Translations under genes and position numbers: made by a program
The notes under the pieces: model-generated
Databases searched by the model: none
Told to the model about the DNA's origin: nothing
The model's input: the letters and a program-made list of their open reading frames with translations, nothing else
In this document: one piece after another, positions 59,383 through 64,000 of the stretch
Numbering within the stretch: position 1 is the first letter of the stretch
Layout: each line of letters begins with the position of its first letter
From: Syntrophaceae bacterium UBA2188
Lineage (GTDB): Bacteria > Desulfobacterota > BSN033 > UBA1163
Reading direction: 5' to 3'
DNA: 64,000 nucleotides
Assembly: GCA_002327985.1 (NCBI GenBank)
Contig: DCVM01000181.1
Location: 24,528 to 88,527, forward strand

Positions 59383-60234
59383 TTGGAAAAGCTAAAAAGA
59401 AGAATTCAACGGATTAAAAAGAAAAGACCCGGCTATGGAGAGATTTTGGATTTCTACCAGAGGGTCAAAGAGGCACAGGAAAAAATAAAAGTTTCTTTAA
59501 AAATGGGTCCCATAAAACTCAAAAGAGAATGGAAGGAGCTCCTGGCCAAAGAAGGTTTTTCATTGATCCAAAAAGAAGATTTCCCATTGGATAGGGAGGC
59601 CTCCATCAAACTCTTTGAAACCCTCTGCCAGATTGGAAAAAATGCAAATCCCCATATGGCAAAGCAAGTGAGAAAAATTGAAGAGGCTATCAGAAATAAA
59701 AAAATAGACCTGAAGGAAATATTAAAATCGGGAGTCAAGGAACAAAAAATTGTTCAGTTTGCTGACGAATTTAAATTGGATAAAAAAGTGTTCTTATTTT
59801 TAATTCAGAACAGTACAAAGCCTTCTGTGGAGGCCGGAATGGAACAACTCCGTAGTGAACTGGACCCTGAAACCTGGCTGAAGGGCTATTGCCCTGTCTG
59901 CAGCTCCCTCCCACATCTCAGTCTGTTAAGGGAAGAAGTTGGAAGAAGATATATGCTCTGTTCCTTTTGTGGATACTCATGGAGAATGGATCGATTAATT
60001 TGCGCATTTTGCAATAATACAGAGCAACCCTCTCTGCAGTATTTTTGTGGTGAGGGAGAGGAGGCCTATCGTATTGACCTGTGCGATAAATGTCACCAGT
60101 ATATCAAGACCATTGACCTTAGAACCCTTGGAGAATCTGACCCCCTCTTGGAGGATCTCGCCACCTTCCACCTCGATCTGATCGCCTCCGAAAAAGGCTA
60201 TAAAAGACCAGTTCCCAACCCCTGGATGACCTAA
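59383..60234 (+). CDS. fdhE: formate dehydrogenase accessory protein FdhE
   Basis: C-terminal Cys pairs CPVCSS ... CSFCGYSW ... CAFCNN ... CDKCHQY, the FdhE rubredoxin-like architecture; 283 aa. Confidence 0.75.
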   Translation: MEKLKRRIQRIKKKRPGYGEILDFYQRVKEAQEKIKVSLKMGPIKLKREWKELLAKEGFSLIQKEDFPLDREASIKLFETLCQIGKNANPHMAKQVRKIEEAIRNKKIDLKEILKSGVKEQKIVQFADEFKLDKKVFLFLIQNSTKPSVEAGMEQLRSELDPETWLKGYCPVCSSLPHLSLLREEVGRRYMLCSFCGYSWRMDRLICAFCNNTEQPSLQYFCGEGEEAYRIDLCDKCHQYIKTIDLRTLGESDPLLEDLATFHLDLIASEKGYKRPVPNPWMT

Positions 60235-60263
60235 AAATCATTGGTGTTGGGGATTAAGAATCA

Positions 60264-60382
60264 TTCGCCCTTGTTTTCAGATGGCAGATAAGGTATAAAT
60301 ACTTGATAGTGTTCGTAAATGGTGATTGTGGAAAATGTATTTCACTAACACTATTTGGTATCAGTAAACACCGAAGGGCGAA
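60264..60382 (+). promoter_or_regulatory. 5' leader with a long-range inverted repeat that can sequester the RBS of the downstream candidate selenoprotein gene
   Basis: ttcgcccttg (60264-60273) is complementary to cgaagggcgaa (60372-60382), which contains the GAAGGG Shine-Dalgarno placed 7 nt before ATG 60386; about 98 nt of AT-rich sequence lies between. Confidence 0.3.
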
Positions 60383-60385
60383 GAC

Positions 60386-61522
60386 ATGAAAGTAAAAGGT
60401 TTGATACTAGGCATTTTGTCTCTGGGATTTTTCTTGCACGTCTGGGCTTTTCCCTCCCCTGCCCAACAATGGCCAAAGACCCTTACCCTTCTCTATAGCA
60501 ATAATATCAATGGTGAAATTGAGCCCTGTCCCACCTGAGGGGAAAAGAATCGAATTGGCGGTCTGGCCAGGAGAGGAGCATGGGTGAAGGATCTTCATGA
60601 GAGTGAAAAAGGGATACTTATTTTGGATTCAGGTGATCTCCTTTTTAAAAAATATCTTAATCCCCTTTCCGAAAATGAATTAAAGGGAGTGAGGGAGAAG
60701 GCCCATCTGATTATCGAGGGTTTCAATTTAACGGGTTATGATGCCATAGGCATTGGCGACGATGATTTAACCCTGGGAAAAGAATTTCTATTGGAAAATT
60801 TAAAAAAGGCTAATTTCCCATTTCTATCGTCCAATCTCCTTGACGAGGGGTCTGGGAATATTCTTTTTCAATCCTCTTTGATCAAAGAAATCAATGGGTT
60901 TCGAATCGGAATTTTTAGTCTTCTCTCGCCCGACTTATTTACAGGTCCTTCTGATCCCCGTAGGAAGGGATTGATTGTCCGGTCACCGATCGAAACAGCC
61001 CAGGCCATGATCAAAGAATTAAAGCCCAAAACCGATCTGATCATCCTCTTGAGCCATCTTGGCTATGCCAAGGATATCGATCTGGCCCAGACGGTCCAAG
61101 GAATTAATATTATCATCGGGGGCCATAACGGAGTCCATTTCGTCATTCCTCCTGTTATCAAGGATACCCTCATTCTTCAAATGGCTTCTCGAGGGATGTT
61201 CGGAGGAAGGCTTACCCTTATCTTCTATAATAATGAACCCATCTTTTACAATTCAGCAATCAAACTATCCTTGGAAAACAATCTTAACAATTTTAACCAA
61301 CGCTTAAAGGCCAAGGACACAACAGAGGCTGAAAAGGCTCAGTGGCGAAAAGCAAAAGAAGAGACCGAACGAACCCTGAACCAACTTCATGGGAAGAACA
61401 ATTTTATAAATCATATCATCCCATTGCAAGAACAGATGAAAGAGCACCCGGATATTAAAAGGCTTGTCGAAAACTTCAAGGGTCAATTTCCAGGAGCAAA
61501 AACGATCTCTTCTCCACAATAA
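60386..61522 (+). CDS. candidate selenoprotein: secreted 5'-nucleotidase-like (metallophosphoesterase-fold) protein with a CxxU motif and an in-frame TGA at 60536-60538
   Basis: ATG with RBS and signal peptide MKVKGLILGILSLGFFLHVWAFPSPAQQ. Same frame as track ORF 60584-61522. Read-through gives ... LTLLYSNNINGEIEPCPT-U-GEKNRIGGLARRGAWVKDLHESEKGILILDSGDLLF ... GIGDDDL ... LSHLG ... GGHNG. Both sides of the TGA align to one 5'-nucleotidase N-domain (LTILHTNDHHG ... GGxARLA ... LLLDAGD ... GNHEFD ... SHxG ... GGHSH). Confidence 0.5.
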
Positions 61523-61527
61523 TAAAG

Positions 61528-63312
61528 ATGACAAATATTGATCTCATTCTTCTTCATCCCCCTACCCTATATGACTTCAGGAATCGGCCTGGGATCCATG
61601 GCCCGATCAGCGATGTTGTTCCCTCCACCCCGATCTTTGAAATGTATCCCATTGGGTTTGCCAGCCTCTCAGAATATTTAGAGCGGCACGGTCTCAAAGT
61701 CAGGATCATCAATGTGGCCATGAAGATGCTCAAGGATGAGAAATTCGATGTGGAGCGGCTCATCCAGAAAAATAAGCCTATTGCTTACGGGATCGATCTC
61801 CACTGGATGGCCCACGTTCAAGGGGCCTTAGCGCTTGCTGAGATCATTAAGCGGTTTCATCCAGAAATCCCTGTCATCTTGGGTGGGTTTTCAGCGTCCT
61901 ATTACCATGAGGAGATTCTCCGTCAATATCCTTTTATCGATTTTGTAGTGAGAGGAGATTCGACAGAGAAGCCGCTGCTTCAACTTCTTCAGACGATCAA
62001 AAAAGGGGGAGATTTTAAAAATATCCCTAATCTGACCTATCGGAATGAAAAGAATGAAATTCAGGTCAATGCCCTCACCCACGTGCCGGAAAACCTAAAT
62101 GAGATGACGATCGATTACCGTCACATCATGAAGAAGGTGGTGAGGTATGCGGACCCCACAGGTTACCAACCTTTTATGGATTGGTACACCTATCCTGTGA
62201 CAGCTGTCTTCACCTGCCGCGGATGTCTCTATTCCTGTAAGACTTGCGGAGGATCCGCACAGACCTTTCGAACGATGGCGAATCGCAGGAAACCGGCCTA
62301 TCGGGATCCCAAATTATTGGCCCAGGATGTCTTCAACATCTCGGATCACCTCCACGCACCGGTGATGATCATCGGCGATATCTTTCAACCTGGGGAAGAA
62401 TATGGGTACACCTTTCTTCAGGAATTGAAGAAGCGACCGATCACCAACCATATTGCTTTTGAATTTTTTGTTCCTCCTTCCAGGGATCAACTTAAAAGGA
62501 TTGCTCAGTCGATTTCCAACTTCAATATCGAGATTTCCCCCGAATCACACGACGAAGAAGTCCGTAAAGCCTTTGGAAGGCCTTACAACAATCAATCATT
62601 GGAGAGGATGATCGAAGAGGCCATTGATCTCGGCTCGAAGCGGGTCGATCTCTTCTTCATGACCGGTCTCCCGAAGCAAACCTATCAATCCGTCCTGGAT
62701 ACAGTAGAATATTGTCGGACTCTTTTAGAACGATTTCGTTCCTACCCTAAACTCTTCCCCTTCATCTCGCCTCTCGCCCCCTTCTTGGATCCGGGGAGTA
62801 TAGTTTTTGAAGCACCAGAAAAATATGGATACCGCTTACTTTATCGGACCGTGGAGGAACATCGTCAAGCCTTGCTGGCCCCCAGTTGGAAATACATCCT
62901 CAACTACGAAACAGAATGGATGAACCGGGACGAGATCGTCTATAGCACCTATGAAGCGGGAAAGAGGCTCAATCGTTTGAAAGCCGAATTCGGGCTGATC
63001 GATCCGAAGACGGCAGAATCGGTTGAGATCCGTCTTGAAGGGGCTCTAAAGGTGATGAAAGAGATTGACCGAATCATGGTCCTTCCAGACCCAAAGGAGA
63101 GGGAAAAGGCGTTGGAGTCCATTTCAAGTGGCCTTCTCTCCCTCCATCACTACAGCATGTCTACGATTTGCGAGAAAAAAGAACTGGAATGGCCTACTCG
63201 ATTTATTCGAATGAATTTCATCAAGATTCTTAAAACACTCCTGATGAGGAGGAAGCCCAATGTCTCTATCCCTTCGTCAACAGGTGCTCCGCAAAATACC
63301 CAGTGTGGATGA
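61528..63312 (+). CDS. B12-binding domain / radical SAM protein
   Basis: N-terminal B12-binding-like domain; radical SAM cluster motif CLYSCKTC within FTCRGCLYSCKTCGG; 594 aa; 5 nt after the previous gene. Confidence 0.75.
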   Translation: MTNIDLILLHPPTLYDFRNRPGIHGPISDVVPSTPIFEMYPIGFASLSEYLERHGLKVRIINVAMKMLKDEKFDVERLIQKNKPIAYGIDLHWMAHVQGALALAEIIKRFHPEIPVILGGFSASYYHEEILRQYPFIDFVVRGDSTEKPLLQLLQTIKKGGDFKNIPNLTYRNEKNEIQVNALTHVPENLNEMTIDYRHIMKKVVRYADPTGYQPFMDWYTYPVTAVFTCRGCLYSCKTCGGSAQTFRTMANRRKPAYRDPKLLAQDVFNISDHLHAPVMIIGDIFQPGEEYGYTFLQELKKRPITNHIAFEFFVPPSRDQLKRIAQSISNFNIEISPESHDEEVRKAFGRPYNNQSLERMIEEAIDLGSKRVDLFFMTGLPKQTYQSVLDTVEYCRTLLERFRSYPKLFPFISPLAPFLDPGSIVFEAPEKYGYRLLYRTVEEHRQALLAPSWKYILNYETEWMNRDEIVYSTYEAGKRLNRLKAEFGLIDPKTAESVEIRLEGALKVMKEIDRIMVLPDPKEREKALESISSGLLSLHHYSMSTICEKKELEWPTRFIRMNFIKILKTLLMRRKPNVSIPSSTGAPQNTQCG

Positions 63313-64000
63313 AATTCTTTCAAGACCAGAAATCGCTGAACTCTTAAAGGTCCATCCCCGTAACGTTGTGGTCGAGGCCATTCGAAAGGGAATAGGAAGA
63401 CTGCGCCAAGAAATCCTCCAAAAAGAGGAAGGGCCTCAATCAGGGGATGACCTCTTTTCTTTTGAGCACTTGGTTCCCCTTTTCCAGAAAGAGATTGACC
63501 TTCAGATTCAACCTCGACTCCGCCGCGTTATCAATGCAACCGGAGTGATCATTCACACCAACCTGGGAAGAGCCCCGCTCCATCCTTCTGCGATTCAACA
63601 CCTCGTCGAGGTTTCCAAAACTTATTCCAACTTAGAATATGACATTGAATTAGGTGAACGGGGAAACCGATATGCGCATGTGGAAGAGATCCTCTGCCGC
63701 CTATCCGGTGCAGAATCAGCCTTGGTGGTAAACAATAATGCGGGGGCCGTCTTGCTTGTCATCAATACCCTTGCAGAAGGCAAGGAGGTGATCGTCTCAA
63801 GAGGAGAACTGGTCGAGATAGGAGGAGCTTTCCGGATCCCTGATGTGATGAGGCGTAGCGGTGCCTTGCTCAGAGAGGTCGGAACAACCAACCGTACCCA
63901 CCTCAATGATTATCAGAAGGCGATTGGTCCTCAGACCGGCCTATTGCTCAAGGTTCACACCAGTAACTTCAGAGTGATGGGATTTTCCTCAGAAGTCTCT
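63260..64000 (+). CDS. selA: L-seryl-tRNA(Sec) selenium transferase, N-terminal part (continues beyond window)
   Basis: MSLSLRQQVLRKIPSVDEIL ... RRVINATGVIIHTNLGRAPL ... canonical SelA N-domain; overlaps the rSAM 3' end by 53 nt in another frame. Confidence 0.8.
   Translation, partial: MSLSLRQQVLRKIPSVDEILSRPEIAELLKVHPRNVVVEAIRKGIGRLRQEILQKEEGPQSGDDLFSFEHLVPLFQKEIDLQIQPRLRRVINATGVIIHTNLGRAPLHPSAIQHLVEVSKTYSNLEYDIELGERGNRYAHVEEILCRLSGAESALVVNNNAGAVLLVINTLAEGKEVIVSRGELVEIGGAFRIPDVMRRSGALLREVGTTNRTHLNDYQKAIGPQTGLLLKVHTSNFRVMGFSSEVS

Noticed and set aside
60536-60538. Alternative reading of TGA 60536 as a genuine stop, giving a 50-aa secreted peptide plus a GTG-initiated cytoplasmic 312-aa protein, or a pseudogene
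   Set aside because: Not fully rejected. It is disfavoured because the 5'-nucleotidase motif I and signal peptide are upstream of the TGA and the rest of the same domain is downstream in-frame. The GTG start lacks an RBS, and the TGA context forms a CxxU next to selA. A sequencing error or recent nonsense mutation remains possible.
1-64000. CRISPR arrays, rRNA, tRNA and obvious transposase or integrase genes
   Set aside because: I saw no regularly spaced direct repeats, rRNA or tRNA signatures, or transposase or integrase motifs in this window.

Overview
This 64-kb window looks like chromosomal DNA from an anaerobic bacterium that uses selenocysteine. I could not place the taxon; the gene content resembles sulfate-reducer or syntroph lineages, and GC is about 45% with conspicuous GC-rich intergenic hairpins. 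It is gene-dense and mostly housekeeping, with no CRISPR array, rRNA, tRNA or obvious mobile element.

Annotated content, in order:
- A minus-strand block: DUF1232 membrane protein, LysM/M23 lipoprotein, pcm, mutS, argC, rpsI-rplM, secDF, and an acyl-CoA synthetase.
- A 12.5-kb plus-strand redox cluster: a GcvH-like lipoyl protein, hdrC, hdrB, and a giant 1499-aa HdrL-type protein (tandem HdrA with an inserted GltD/NfnB domain). These are followed by mvhD/flxD, flxC, flxB, flxA, and an 859-aa fusion of a GlcD-like FAD oxidase with an Fe-S/CCG domain. Together this is a Flx-Hdr-type putative electron-bifurcating complex with a fused 2-hydroxyacid dehydrogenase.
- A housekeeping stretch: rluB, scpB, hfq, miaA, a GAF-Fis regulator, a QueG-like protein, mnmG, a CMD-family protein, hemL, an FAH-family hydrolase, and dapB-dapF-lysA with a coupled 54-aa ORF. 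Also yggS, maf, hsp20, marC, rfaE domain II, lon, a yhaM-like nuclease, hrcA-grpE-dnaK, ftsY, and CAP-domain and transglutaminase-like secreted proteins.
- A periplasmic formate dehydrogenase operon, fdnG(Sec)-fdnH-fdhE.

The most interesting locus follows fdhE. A signal-peptide gene carries an in-frame TGA inside a C-P-T-U (CxxU) motif. Both halves of it align to one 5'-nucleotidase-type metallophosphoesterase fold whose metal-binding motifs are degenerate. A B12-binding radical SAM gene and selA come directly after it. I read this as a candidate undescribed selenoprotein operon.

Two interspersed repeat families are also present. One is a set of GC-rich hairpins with a conserved YTTGAKGGRGAGGG core at 5 intergenic sites. 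The other is a GGAAT-rich inverted-repeat element at 3 loci.
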